From Isurus oxyrinchus (Eukaryota), in the NCBI GenBank assembly GCA_026770705.1, contig JANJGN010000020.1, forward strand, positions 77,128,001 through 77,192,000: a stretch of 64,000 nucleotides of DNA. The letters run 5' to 3'. Position 1 is the first letter of the stretch; each line of letters begins with the position of its first letter. Positions 37,090 to 51,200 of the stretch are shown piece after piece. Under the pieces are notes generated by a model. The model did no database searches, was not told the DNA's origin, and saw only the letters and a program-made list of their open reading frames with translations. A program made the position numbers and the translations under genes.

Positions 37090-38320
37090 TGTATCCAAAC
37101 CTCATTACAACCTTGATTCAAACATGGAAAAAAGATCTGAACTCCCGGGGGGAGGTGAGAGCGGCTGCCCTTGACATCAAGGCAAAATTTGGAAAAGTGT
37201 GGCATCAAGGGTTCCTAGCAAACCTGGAGTCAATAGGAATCAGGAGGGAAATCTCTGCTGCTTCGAACCATACTGAGCAGAAAGGAAGATGGTTGTGTTT
37301 GTTTAGGGTCGGTCATCTCAGCTCTAGGACTTAACTGCAGGATTCCTTCAGGGTTCTGTCCTCAGCCCAACCATGTTCAGCTGTTTCATCAATGACCTTC
37401 CTTCCAATCTAAAATCAGAAGTGGGATGTTCGCTGATGATTTCACAATGTTCAGCACCATTTACGACTTCTCAGGTACTGAAGTAGCCCATGCTCAAATG
37501 CAGCAAGAGCTGGAGAATTACCAGGCTTGCGCTGACATGTGGCAAGTAACTTGCCCACCACTCAAGTGTCAGGCATTGACCATCTCCAACAAGGGAGAAC
37601 CCAACCATCGCCCTTTGTCATTCAATGGCATTAACATCAATGAATCCTCCACTATCAAATCCTGGGGTTTACCATTGACCAGAAACGGAACTGAAAGAGT
37701 TATATAAATACTATGGCTACAAGAGCAGGTTAGAGTTTGGAATAGTGCGACGCATAACTCACCTCCTGACTCACCAAATCCTGTCCACCATCTGCAAGGC
37801 ACAAGTCAGGAGTGTGGTGGAATTCTCCTCACTTGCTTGGATACGAGTAGCTGCCAGAACGCTCAAGAAGCTTGACACTATTCAGGGCAATGCACCTCGC
37901 TGGATTGGCAGCACACCCAAAAATATTCACACACTCCACCACTGTTGCATAGTAGCAGCAGTGTGTGCCATCTACAAGATGCACTGCAGGAACTCACCAA
38001 GGCTCCTTCGGCTGCACGTTCAAAACCACGACTGCTATTATCTAGAAGGAGAAGGGCAGCAGGCAGATGTGAACACCACCAAAAGGAAGTTCCCCTCCAA
38101 GTCACTCACCATCATGACTTGGAAATATATAGCTGTTCCTTCACTGTCACTGGGCCAAAATCCTGGAATTCCCTTCAGAACAGCACTCTGGGTGCATGTA
38201 CACCTCGAAGACTGTAGCAATTCAAGAAGGCAGCTCAGCACCACCTTCACAAGGGCAACTAGTGATGGGTAAGAAATGCTGGCCCAGCCAACGAAGCCCA
38301 TTTCCCATGAATGTATAATA
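37090..38320 (+). mobile_element. Family-B CR1/L2-clade LINE, RT domain to 3' end
   Basis: LITTLIQTWKKDLNSRGEVRAAALDIK.KF.KVWH, PSGFCP/QGSVLSP region, MFADD and KAQVRSVVEFSS motifs; A-rich tail. Confidence 0.88.
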
Positions 38321-41300
38321 ATAAAACATATTGCATGTTCGCTTTCTCTAGTCTGTGTACCCGAGCACCCAAACTGAAAATTTACAATGTTTACTAGTTT
38401 CTTCCCTGTTGAAATGCTGGATGAGGGTAGAAGGAAACTCGTCTTTGTTATTATCTCAGGGAATCTGAAGGTTCTCGTGCAATATTAAGACAGGGCAGTG
38501 ATGCGTGTGTAAATTAATACATGAGATAATTCATAAAATTAATGGTCCTGGCCTCCCATTTGGTGGTGATAATGGGTTGATCAGCTCTGATTGTAAATAT
38601 AATTAAAGCCCTATCTTTTTCCACCCTTGCAGCTTGTTTTTCTTCCCTATGTAGTGGGGTGGGGGAGATGAGGTGTGTATGAGGTGCATAGATACCGGGG
38701 TGGTTAGTAATTGGGTTGGGGATGGGTGAGTAGTTAACGTGCTTTGCAGTCGGTTGGGTGTTGAATGGACGGGCGATGGCGAGTGAGAGCTGTGCAAGTG
38801 GATCGAGGGGAAGGCAATCGAGTCAGATTAGCTATTCTGGGGTCAGTAGTTGGGGGTGCTGTGCGTTGTTGTATGTGTGCGCTAAATGTGGGAGATCTGT
38901 ATGGGTAGGGGTTGGCCGTGCATGGGCTGAGCTCGACAGTTACTTGCTGACACATGCTAGAAATTAACAGCGGGAAATTACTAGGGCAAGCATCTGGGTA
39001 AGTATCATACAACATGCACAAGGGTCCATAACTGAAGTCAGTGTCGGAGTCATTGTTAGAGGGTCCTGGGAAGTACAAATCTGTCAATCAGAAGTTTAAA
39101 TTTCGCGATTAATTACCGTGCATGCTCCTGGATCAGCATTTTGGATGGCTCCAGATGTTTAGAGCGGTGGACATTTCAATATTCATTACTGTTGGCAAAG
39201 GGAGCTCTGGTTAATAGTGCAGTCAGTATCAAATTCACAGCAACGGACTCCAGACACCAGCTTCAGATAAAGGGAAATTGCACAAGAGGGAAATGCAGAT
39301 CAGGTCAAAAAAGGCAGGTTTAAGGGGAATAACAAAAAAACATTTTAAGAATTAACTTAAAGGATGATAAGTTTGTAGCGAGGACAACAGATTTTGGAGG
39401 AGATTCAGAACATGAAAGCCTTAATTTTTCACTGTGGTCTCCCATGCCAAAGGCTGCAGACATGCCCAGAAAAGGAAGGAGAGGCAGCTTAACATCAGCA
39501 GAGTCACATAAGATATCATTTGTGCCTTTGCTAAGGACGGTGTAAGAGTTTTAATAAGGGAGAAAAATGGTTAGAAAGATTTAAGCATGGAGTCCCTTGG
39601 AAGTGGGGCAGAAACGTGGGGGGTAGCAGCTGGTGCAAGGAATTTGTAGAGGAAAGAGAGGTTAGAGATAGCATGTTTGCTTACAAGGACTGAGGCATCA
39701 TGGGTTGTTTATTTACAAGGGCACGGGTGGAACTATTAACTATATCAGCAAATGCGGAAGATGGTGAGGAAGTTCGGTGTTCAGTAGTATGGTGGGAGTA
39801 TGATGGAATCGCCACCAGCAGCCCCCCCGCACACCCGCCTCCCCCACCCACCGCCCACACGCCCTTCCCTCCCAGCCTCCACTTTGCAGTGCATTTCTCT
39901 GCAGTGGGCCCGCGAGCCATTGAAATCTACATTCACATCGGAGGGACCCGGAAATCCTGCTGGAGCGAGGGATTGGAAAATTGCGGCCTAATTGCGACTT
40001 ACTGGACTGAGCAGAGCCTGAGGTGATGGCTGCATCAGGGAGAATGCTAAGGGTGAGAAAGGAACGTAATGTAAAGGATATCAAAGATGGAGATAAAGAA
40101 ATGAGTTAGCAGATTGGAGCCTGTAGAAATGCCTCAGTGAGGGGGAGGGTTAACATCCAAACCGCTTGTAATTTGGAACTGGGAGCAGCTGCTCCCACTG
40201 CTCCCTAGTTACCCTGATGGTGACACAGACAATCTTCCAGACAGGGAACACGGTTACCTCAACTTATTCTATCAACTGGCAAAACCCAACAAGCTATCAG
40301 TAAATTGATTGAGGAGCTTTAGGTAGTGCCATAAATATTATCTATTCGCCAATATCCTGATCACCAATACTCCGTTTGCGCTATACCTGAAACATCCCGA
40401 TGGAAAAACACATCATTGTCCAGATGCAGACACAATTTCATTGGGAGCTACCAGAAATTCAAAGCCTGATTCCCACCAAACCAATCAAAACCTGGAAATC
40501 TCGCACCTGAAATATGATGAAACTCTCACTATTCATCAGGATGGTAAAGGAAGCAACACACAATAAGCACAAGCATCCTCCAGATTGGAATATATGCTCC
40601 ATCAGTGATCGTCCATCATTAAACTCGATATTTCACCGACTCCTCCTCTGTGGATGCAGGAAGAATGTCGATAGAATCAACTGCAAAAAACACCGAGGCT
40701 CCTTCGACAGCATGCTCTGGCACAGCAACATGCAGAAGGGGTGCAATGCTGCGAGGTTCACCAGCACTAACGCACCACCCTGACTTGATCTAATTTTCTG
40801 TGAGATCTAATGATTGCTGTTTATGCTGGGGACCACTATACTCTGTCAAACACTGATATACACAGTGAAAACATTGCCGAGATATAGGCAGAGGAGATTC
40901 TCCGGTGATTTGACTAAACAATACACTGACTGACATTAATTACAGTCTCTTAACAAACAAGATGCTTTAACCCTTCCATTCCATCAGATTGTGTGGAAAG
41001 AATACAATAAAAACAACGTGGCATGCCGGTCAAGATAATTCATTCAAAACAAACACTTTACGTCAACCACTGTTGTGAAAAACAGATTATGGAATCCTGC
41101 AGGCTTGCAGCACAGATGAAAAATAAATAGGTTCAGATCCAGAGTTCTGCATATTTCGTAGATAAACTCCTGCCCAACAATTTCACGTTTTCAATTCATT
41201 TCTCAGAGAATGAACTTAACACAAGTCCCAGGGAATGGTCAGAAGCAGTAACAGTCCAAAAGGATTTATGGTTGATGATCATCTAGTGATCAGAACGAAA

Positions 41301-41639
41301 AATAATGGGCTAATAATTTGAAACTTATGTCTGGTCTAGCAGTAAACGTTTGACAGTTGCCACGGAGTGACAATTACAATGGGAATTATAACAGAGTTCA
41401 ACTTTAAAACTGTCTTTGTAAATGATACCCCGGTGCAACAAAAACCCAGTAGTTGAAATCCTTGGAATATTAGTGTCCATGTAAAAGATATACAATCTAA
41501 AATGACATGGTATCTGACACCACGGACTTACAGTGACCACGTAACTTATACCTGGTCACACAGTGCTCGTTTAAATGATACAAATGTTCAGCAGTGGGCG
41601 TTCCACAGATAGTGTCGTCAAACGGTTACCTTGGGATTG

Positions 41640-41904
41640 AAACCTTATGCTCCACTGGTCTTGTATCGGACACTCCGCTCTAACTGTTACCTTGCAAATA
41701 ATGTCTCAATCCACAATTGGCACAGCAGTCCTTCCTAACAGTCACCTTGTAACTGATAATCCAGTCTAACAGTGACTTTGTACTGGATCTCACAATTTAA
41801 CAATAATCTTGTACTTGAGACCCGGGTCTAACAGTGACCTTGTAACTGATATGCTACTTTAGTAGTGATTTTGTAGCCGATACTATGGTCTACAATAGAC
41901 CTTT
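41640..41904 (+). repeat. 31-bp minisatellite, monomeric left segment
   Basis: Repeated TAACAGTGACCTTGTAACTGATA.TCCAGTC units. Confidence 0.8.
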
Positions 41905-42995
41905 TGTTACTTGTGGTTAGTATCATTGTTCGGTTGTTTTTTTTTTCAATCTAATCTTTAGTTTTGGAAATTAAAGATTTAACTGTAGACAGTGAGGATA
42001 TCTGGTGACGAAACTGATAAAAGCAGCCCTGAACTTAACGCAACGCAAGCAACTTTGGAGCTTATTTTGCTTAAAAGTTTGGCGCCATGTTGACATAAGA
42101 GTTAACAGCTAGGAAGCTAAGGTCATGATACTGCAAGTGGTCTTAATTAGCTAAGGAACTGGAGACAAGATGTCTGCAGTTATTCCAGCAAATTATAAGA
42201 TGTTTATGCGGTTTTGCAGAATTAAGGAAAGTTTTGGAATTAACGGGTAATTAATTTGCAATTCTACGCGGCAACAGGTCACGTGTTTCACGCTAATGTG
42301 AAGATAGGTGGAGCTCAGTTAAGAGTTTAGAACAAGACGGAGTGAAGAAAACATATTTGTCATAAAAATTCAGTTCAAATTCCGGGCGTTTGCTTAAAGA
42401 AATAAATCTTTTGTCAAGTTTAGAACTTTCACAACAGTGAGTTGAATGTCTGGTATGACCAAGCTAAGGGGGCAGAGAGAGAAAGAGTTATATATACAAA
42501 CCTCCACATCAGAGAAGATTAGAACAAGGAGAGTCCTGGCCCGAGGTCGCTACGTTTACATCACCAGAGACAGCGGTGCTGAAAGAAGAGTTTGCAAATT
42601 TAGAACGTTTGGAGGGTTTTTGAAGGGACCACCCCTGCTGGAAGCAAATGGAAAGCCAATGCATCTCAGCCTGTAGATGAGTCGTTGACAGATTTCCCAG
42701 ACAAAGCGGGTAATTTTTCAAGTTTTGGTATGTACCTGCGTTGAGTATTTTGGGGTGTAATTATAATGGGTGTAGATGGAAGGGTTATTTTAAAGCCTAA
42801 GCAAATGCGATCATTGTATTTTTATTATCTTCAACACTCTTTAAGAGAGACCACAGTTATTTACGTTCCCGTTCTTTGGGCCTTGTATTATAAAATTCTT
42901 CTCTTAAAACACGGACTTTGTGGCTTCATACTCTGTTTCTGAGTTTGATTAAAAAAAAAATGAAAACCTTACTGATTTCTCTCGAGTTCTGAACA
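41905..42995. mobile_element. Probable solo LTR inserted into the minisatellite
   Basis: Begins TGTT and ends AACA, flanked by CCTTT / ACTTT (5-bp TSD, one mismatch). Removing it restores the minisatellite phase. No coding remnant inside. Confidence 0.6.
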
Positions 42996-44120
42996 ACTTT
43001 TAATTGATATTCATATTTAACACTAAACTTGTACCTGACACAATGGCCTAAAAGTGACCATATATGTGGCAGACCTGCGAACGTATAACTGATGCCCTTC
43101 TATAACAATGACAATGTACCTGGAACTCCAGTCTGTCAGCGAACATGTAACTGATACCCTTGTCTAACACTGACATTGTACCTGAAACTCCAGTCTATCA
43201 GTGAACTTGTAATGGATGTCCTTGCATAACAATGACATTGTACCTGAAACTCCAATCTATCAGTGAACCTGTAACTGATGTCCTTACATAACACTGACAT
43301 TGTACCTAAAACTCCAGCCTATCAGTGAACTTGTAACAGATCTCCTTGTATAACAATGACATTTTACCTGAAACTCCGGTCTGTCAGTGAACTTGCAACT
43401 GATGTCCTTTTATAACACTGGCATTGTACATGAAACTCCAGTCTATCAGTGAACATTTAACTGATGTCCTTGTATAACATTGACATAGTGCCTGAAACTC
43501 CAGCCTGTCAGTGAACTTGTAACTGATGTTCTTGCATAACACTGACATTGTCCCTGAAACTCCAGTGAATCATGAACTAGTAGCTGTTGTCCTTATAAAA
43601 CACTGACATTGTGCCTGAAACTGCAGTCTATCAGTGAACTTGTAACGAATATGCTTGTCTAACACTAACGTTCTACCTGAAACTCCAGCCTGTCAGTGAA
43701 TTTGTAACTGGTACCCGTGTCTAACACTGGGGAGTGTATCTGAAACTCCAGCCTATCAGTGAACATGTAAGTGATTTTGAAGTCTATCCACCGAACTTCT
43801 AACTGATACCCCAGTCTAGCAGTGACATTTTCAATGATATCCCGATCTAACATTGACCAAGTATTGATATCTGGATCCAATTGTGAGCTTGTAAGAGATA
43901 TTCCGATTCAACATTAATCTTCCAACTGATAGTTATGTCAAACATTGAAGCTGTAGGTCATGTATGATTTAATAAGACCTCATAATCTCTACCCTTATCT
44001 TGTAACCAATAACACATTGTCAATTTGATTGTGTAGTTGACACCCGGTCTAATATTCAGCTTGCCTTGGCCAGGTTGTGTAACATTGACTTTATACCTGG
44101 AATGCACTCCAACACTCGTT
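42996..44120 (+). repeat. 31-bp minisatellite with a 62-bp dimeric higher-order core (about 43100-43780)
   Basis: GTGAAC anchors at 43201, 43263, 43325 and 43387. The unit is AACACTGACATTGTACCTGAAACTCCAGTCT + ATCAGTGAACTTGTAACTGATGTCCTTGTAT, decaying to monomers on both flanks. Confidence 0.92.
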
Positions 44121-44149
44121 ATGTTGGAGTGGAATTCTCAGTATAACCT

Positions 44150-45720
44150 ATAATCAATAAGGGAAAGGAATGTTGGTGCTCATTGCAAGGGGAGTCGAAG
44201 ATAAAGGGAAGGAAGCATTGCTGCAGTGAGACAGAGCCTTAGGTGCCATCTGGAGTACTGTGTACAGTTCTGGTCTCCTTATTGAAGTAATGACAGCAAT
44301 ACAATCGAAGCAGCTCAGCAAAGGATCACTCGTCTCATTCCTGAGATGAAAATGTTATCTTAAGAGGAAATGTTGAGCAGGCTGGGCCTAAACCCATTGT
44401 GGTTTAAAAGAATGAGATTTCATATATATCTATTTCAAAGGACATGGGCGTTGCTGGCTAGGCCATCATTTTTCATGCCGTTCCCTAATTGCCCTTGAGA
44501 GGGCGAGTTTGAGGCACCTCCTTGAACCTCTGCAATCCAATTGGTATATGTACCCAGACAGTGCTGTCAGGGAGGGTGTTCCAGGGTTTTGATCCAGTGA
44601 CCGTGAAGGAACAGTGATATAGCTAGGTTGGTGTGTGGCTCAAAGGGGAACTTGTATTTGCTGCCTTTGTCCTTCAGGTTTGTAGAGGCCGCCGGTTTTA
44701 AACTTGCTGTCGAATGAGCCTTGGTGAATTGTTGCATTTTATCTTGTAGATATAAACATAAATATAAACACGTGAATTATGAGCAGGAGGAATTATGTGC
44801 CATTCAGCTCTTTGATCCAGCTTCGCCATTCAGTGACTGATCTGACTGTAAGCCCAGCTCCAAATTTCAACGTACCCCTGATAAATGTTCATCCACTTGC
44901 TTATCAAGAATATATCCAGCTCCACATTTAAAATGTTCAAAGACTCTGCTTCTAATGCCATTTGAGGAAGAAAGTTCCAAAGAACCACAACCCTCAGTCA
45001 GAAAAAAAAATCTCTTCCTTTCTGTCCAAAATGGGGGAGGCCTAATTTTTAATCAGTGTCACCGTGTACTAGAATCTTACACAAGAGGAAACTTCCTCTC
45101 CACATCCACGTTTGAAAGACCCCGCAGTGTCTAATCTATTTCTATCAAGTCGCCTGATGCTCTTCTAAACTCCAGCGAATACAATCCTAGTCTGTCCAAC
45201 CTTTCCTCATAAAAAAACTCGCTAACTCCAGGTATTAATTTAGTAAACCTTCTCTGATTTGCTTCTGACAGGCTTATAGCCTTCATTAAATGAGGAGACA
45301 TAATGCAGACACTGCTGCTATTGAACATTGGTGATGCAGAGGGAAGGCGTTGAAGGTGGTGGATGGGGCGCCAATCAAGTGGGCTGCTTTGTCCAGGCAA
45401 GTGGAGTCACAAACACCTACGATGTTCACAACAGTTTCCGAACTGTGCGTTTTCGATGTTTTGAGCCTCTGTGGAGGCAGGAGATGAGTTGCTCGCTGCT
45501 GAATTCCGAGGGTCTGACCTGTTCTTGTAGTCGCAGTTTTTTTTATCATTGGTCCAGAGTTGATCCTACTGAAACATATATTAATCCAGCAGGGACTTAA
45601 GAGAGTGGATGCTCAGAGGATGTTTCCCTTAGCTGCGGAGTATAGAACGTTAGGAAACAATTTTTAAAAACAGGAATGTCCTCCATTTAAGACTGAGATG
45701 AGGAGTCTATTTTCTCAGAG
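44150..45720. mobile_element. Nested LINE cluster: CR1(+) interrupted by family-B(-), itself interrupted by CR1(-) at about 44755-45300
   Basis: CR1 LEYCVQFWSP at about 44250 resumes at about 45565. Family-B pieces lie at 44425-44750 and 45300-45555. The reverse CR1 ORF reads RRFTKLIPG...LDRLGLYSLEFRR. Confidence 0.75.
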
Positions 45721-45739
45721 ACCAGGCCTCAATTATTGT

Positions 45740-47105
45740 ACCCATGCTGAACTGATTTGCCCTGGCTGAATGTAACCAAACAGAAACTCACCATTCCTCA
45801 TTGATATTAACCGAGCTGAACTGGACCCACATACTGAATGTAACCACATTGAACTGAACCTGCCCACGCAGGAAGTCTTGGTAGTGTACTTGGGAAATAC
45901 ACACTGATTGTGAGTACCCTGGAGAGGAACTGTTTATACTGATGATACTGCAAGAAGATATGGGGACTTATCTGGAGACTGGAGAATTGTGCTGCAATGG
46001 GAAACATACAAAAATGTGGCTTAATTCGCAAAATTTGGATGGTTCTGTCAGGATTATACCAGAGTTACTCAGAAAACTTTAGAAGAATTAAAACCTCTTC
46101 TAACTTCTGAGAATATATTATAAACACCCAGACCGACTCCATAGGACTCCCCCCATATCCTGGACCTTCCCTGCCATCTGAACACCCGACCTCCGACCCA
46201 CCCGCCCCACCGCCTTGACCTCCAACTCCCCACTCTCAGACCCTGTCCAGCCCCCAAATCCTATCCAATTGCCTTTTTCCTGGCCTGTCAATTTCACTGG
46301 GCCCTTAAAATTTACTTGCTTTACGACAGCAAGTGCCAAAAGAGGCGTGGCCTCCTTGAGTCCGCAGGAGCTGCATTTCGCTGGGCCCAATATCTTTTGA
46401 TGTTGGCCCCCAGCAGCTCCGGCGAACAGAAGTTTCAGGGTAATTTTCAATGCCATGTAAGTGTGCATTTCTTTCTTCCAATTCCTGTGGGCCATCTCTT
46501 TCCGACATTAGTTGGAAGTTGCAATGCATTGAATATATTCGAGGGTGAGTTAGACAGATTTTAATCGACAAAGAAGTTAAGGGTTATGGGGGACAGGCAG
46601 GAAAGTGAAGTTGAGACCGCAATCAGGCATGATCTTATAGAATGGCAGTGTAAGGTCAAGGGACCGAATGGCTTTCCACTGCTTCTTATTCTTGAGTTCT
46701 TGTGACATATCTTCACTGAGCGTAACTTTACCAAATTCGATAATAAATATTGTCAGAAGCTGTGCGGAGCTGGAACTTCCCACACAAACAGTAAACATGC
46801 CCAACCTGATCCTATGAACGGCCAGGTAACCACGTGTGACAGGGCCTAACCCGTTCTCTGCGAACTGAATATAAGAACACTCACCTAAACCACTCCAGTC
46901 TAACGTTAATCGCGTTTAAAAAGACCTTTCCATACCAAATGCAACCGTGTTAAACAAGACCAGTCCACACTGGGCGAAACCTTCCTGAGAATGTCCAGTC
47001 CATAATTGATGAAAATGCGCTGAATAGGACCAGTCCAAAGTGAATGCAACCGTGCTGAACTGGGCTTGTCCATTCTGGATACAACCGTGCTGAACTCTGC
47101 TTGTG
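45740..47105 (-). repeat. 35-bp satellite (reverse orientation), interrupted by other repeats at about 45900-46710
   Basis: AACCGAGCTGAACTGGACCCACATACTGAATGTAACC at about 45810 and AACCGTGCTGAACTGGGC at about 47050. Confidence 0.65.
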
Positions 47106-47264
47106 GATCAAGAGTGTCTCCTGCTCTTACTGTTGCTCTGTGAAAGGTTTTAAGTTTGGCATAAAATCTGTGGGTTGCGAGTTCTCATCCCTTGCCCATC
47201 AAGCTCTGATGTGTGATGCGAATCCAGAGCTGCTGGTTTACTGGCCCAGTCACCTACTATGCCA

Positions 47265-48055
47265 CAAGAACACACACAGAAGTGGGCAATACACCGCGTT
47301 GAGCCTGTTCCACAGTCAGAAGATAATCTCTTATCTTGAGCTTCAGCTCCACTTTCCTGCCCTCTCCCAAATTCCTTGATTCGCTGAGAGGCCAAAACTC
47401 TGTCTATCTCAGTCTCAAACTTATTCAACAATGGAGCATCCACAACCATCTGGGGTAGATAATTCCAACGGTTCACAATGCTTTGGGTGAAGTAATTTTT
47501 CCTCATCTCAGTACGAACTGATCCAACCCTTATCTTCAGACTTATCTCCCGTGTTTCAGCTTCGCTGAGCAGGAGAGACAACATCTCAGTGTCCAACCTA
47601 TCAAGGCCAATCAGAAACTGGCAAGTTAGGTCACATCTCATTCTTTCTAAGTCCTTTTAATATCGGCTCAATTTACTCAGCCTTTCATTATAGGACAGCC
47701 CCTCATTCCAGTAACCAGACTACTAAGCCTTTTTCTGTCCCTTCTTCAATGGAAATATACCCCTCCTTCAATGTGGAGACCTAAAAAACACATTGTTCCT
47801 AATGCGGCCTCAACAAGGCCTTTATAATTGCAGCAAGGCTTATTTATTCCACCTTCCCAATCGCCTTGCAATTAGGGACAACATGCCATTTCAATTTCTT
47901 GTTGCATGTGCATGCTAATTTTCTGCATTCCTGTACAAGCACAGCAAAGTCTCTATGAACATCAATGTTTCCGAGATTCTCATCGTTCAAACATATTCCA
48001 CATTTCCATTCTCACGACCAAAGCATACAATCTCATGCTCTTATCACATTGTAAA
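47265..48055 (-). mobile_element. CR1 LINE 3' part
   Basis: ORF reads RTEMRKNYFTQSIVNRWNYLPQ, followed by a CR1 3' UTR. Confidence 0.82.
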
Positions 48056-48249
48056 TTAATCGTATGGTGTTACTGACACTATCACTGTGAGGGAGTTATC
48101 ACACTGTTATAACACATTGGAAATGTAGATCAATTATGTTACTGACAATGTTTCCGCGAGCAGATTATCACATGATTATTTCTGTGTATCACTATCTTTA
48201 CAAATTCGGGGAATTTTAGTATTTGCGAGGATTAATTAGTAACAGAAAG

Positions 48250-51200
48250 TTTACTAATAGTCTGAAAACTTTATAGATTGGCTGGTGAGTATTTCCTACT
48301 TATCCAAACGAAGGAATTTCAATCCAGAAAAGTAGAACATTTATGGAAACAATAAGAACATAAGTGCAGACTGGGCTAGAGAGATTTAATCAAATTTAAT
48401 TAGTGAAACAACTAAATATTTAAATACTACACAAATGGCAGGGAAGGTCATGTATTGGGACTGCAGAACGTGGGTTCTCTTGCATACTGGGTTGATCCAG
48501 GGCACACACAACTGTAGTCAGTGTTTGCAGCTGGAGAAACGTCAGCTCTGAGTCACTGAGCTGGAGGCCAAGCTGCAGACACTGGGACGATTCAGTGAGG
48601 GGCAAATGTACCTGGACATGTTGTCGCAGGTGGCGTTCACACACCAGAGGGTAGGTTCATTAAATGTTGGTCCATGTTTAGGCACAGAAGAGGGTGACAG
48701 GGCATGTTAGTGGAGGACAGTCTATTCAGAGAGATAGACACAGTCCTTTGCAGCGGAGAGTGAGAGTCCAGACTCCGGCGTTGCCTACTTTGTGCCAGGG
48801 TTCTGGACATTTGCTTGCACTGGAGAAGAACTTGCACTGGTGTGGGGGGAGGTCGGGGGGGCGGGGGGGGGGGGAGCCTTTCCGGTTGCGTTTGCTGCGG
48901 AATTCAATTGGTGTGGTCCACGTATAGTTTTTTAATATTCATTCATGGGATGTGGGATTTGCTGGCTGGGCCAGCATTCATTGCCCATCCTTAATTGCCC
49001 TTGTGAAGGCAGTGGTGAGCTCACTTCTTGAATTGCTGCAGTCCATGTGCTTTTAGGAAGGGAGTTCCAGGATTTTCACCCAGCGACAGTGAAGGAATGG
49101 CGACATATTTCCACATCAAGATGGTGAATGACTTGGAGGCAAACAATAGGTGGTGGTGTTATCATCTTTTTGGTCCTTCTTAATTGGTCCTTGTCCTTCT
49201 TAATTGAAGTGGTCTTGAGTTTGGAAGGTGCTCTCTAAGAGTTCTTGGTGCACTCCTGCAGAGCATCTTGTTGAAGGTACACATTGCTGCTCGTCGGTGG
49301 AGGAGGGAGTGAATGTTTGTGGATGTAGTGCCAATCAAGGGGGCTACTTTGTCCTGGACAGTGTCAAGCTTCTTGAGTGTTCTGGGAGTTGCACTCAACC
49401 AGGCAATTGGGGAGTATTCCAACACATTCCTGATTTGTGACTTGTAGATGGTGGACAGGCTAAAGTTAGGAGTGTGATAGAAAATTCCCCACTTGCCTGG
49501 ATGAGTCCAGCTCCAGCAACACTCAAAAACTTGAAACTGTCAAGGAAGAAGCAGCCTGCTTGATTGGCACCACATCCGCAATGCATGTACAAAGGACTTG
49601 GTTGGGACTCGGAGAGATTATGAGCTGTTAGGCACTTTTTAAAAAAAAACAGAGTATTAAGTGTAAGGACCTGTGGCATAGGGTAAATCATATTAGAGAG
49701 TTAAATGTGTGGCTCAACGTTTAGTGGGGGAGAAATGGACTTTGATTCATGGGGCACTGGCCCCAGTACTTGGGAATGTGTGACCCAGACATCGGGGTGG
49801 TTTTCACTTGACCTTACTGAGAACAGTATTCTGGTGAGTCAGATAATTAGGGTGGCGTAGAGCTCTTTCATCACAATAATGGCAGCAAGGGGACATGTGA
49901 GGGAAGATGTGGTAAATTAAGTGAGACGAAACGGCAAGACAGCAAGGTAACAGTAATGGAAGTGATAATGAGATTGTGGCAGCAAGGGACAGAGCACACA
50001 AACTTAAGTGTGCGCCAGCAGATAAGGCAAAGGGATGTGAAAATAATAAGAGAGCGAATGTAAGATCTGTTCTCCGAATCCACTCAGCATTCACAACAAT
50101 GCAGATGAAATGTTGGTATAATTAGAATTAAGCAGCAATTCTACAATTGCCATTGCAGAAACTTGGCTGTTGGGTGATGAAGGCTGGCAACTGAATGATC
50201 AAGATCTTCAGCAGTTAGGAAGGATGGGCAAAAAGGGAAATGAGGTGATTTGTGCTCTCAATAAGTGATCAGGGCAATGCATTGGTGTCAACTTATCTTA
50301 GATTGGTAGGTCAAGGCGCTGGATCAGTTTGGTTGGAGCTAAGAAAATAAAGGGGCAGCAAACATTGGTTGGAGATGTTAATGAGCCACCAAACAGCAGT
50401 GGCAATGTAGGGAACAGTGTAAATCAAAGAATTGGAGGTTCCTGTAACAAGAAGAATTCACTAAACATGGGGGATATCAGTCTACATAAAAACTGCGTGA
50501 ACTTAATTAGCACTAACACCGTGGAGGACGATCTGAAATAATTTTCGAAAAGATTACATTGAGCAACGAACAAGAGAAAGAGCATTTTTACATCTAGCAA
50601 TGTGCAATGAAAAAGGGATACGTAATAATTTTGTTGTAGAGGAGCTTTTAAGGTAGACCGACCACAACATGAAAGCATTTTACAGAATGCATGAAAACGA
50701 GAGTATTAAATTTAACCAAAATACATTGGGGAGGCATGATGCGCTAGTTTTCTGTGGTACGTGGTTTGCAATAAATTTTCATCTCTTTGAGGGACGAAAA
50801 CTCAGCAGGAAAGGTGCTCCATTCATGGCTAACAAGGCATGCGAAATATTCTATTAGATCAAAAGAAGAGACTTTTAAAGCAACAAGACAGATGGTTTGT
50901 AGCAAATTCAGAGAAATACCAGGAAACTGAGAACACTAAAGGGGAATTAGAATATGACAGTAAACTATAGAGAAACATTAAAATGGATATAAAAGACTCT
51001 ATGGGTCTGCAAAAAGTAGAAGACAAGCAAAGACAAATAAGGGCCCATTACAGGCAGAGACAGTGGAAGGCATAACGGGGAATAAGGAAATGGCAGAGAA
51101 GCTAGGCAAATATTTTTTTATTTGTCTTCACAGAGGCATATGCATAAAACCTCCGAGGAATACTAAAGAACCATGGGATGAGACATACTGGTGAACTGAA

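Noticed and set aside
38600-40150. Possible Harbinger/MITE remnants (also about 46130-46470, 52330-52520 and 63200-63950)
   Set aside because: GC-richer and repeat-like, but I could not identify TIRs, TSDs or transposase motifs with confidence.
43100-43780. CRISPR-like array
   Set aside because: Both halves of each 62-bp unit are repeated, so there are no unique spacers. No cas genes, and the context is vertebrate.
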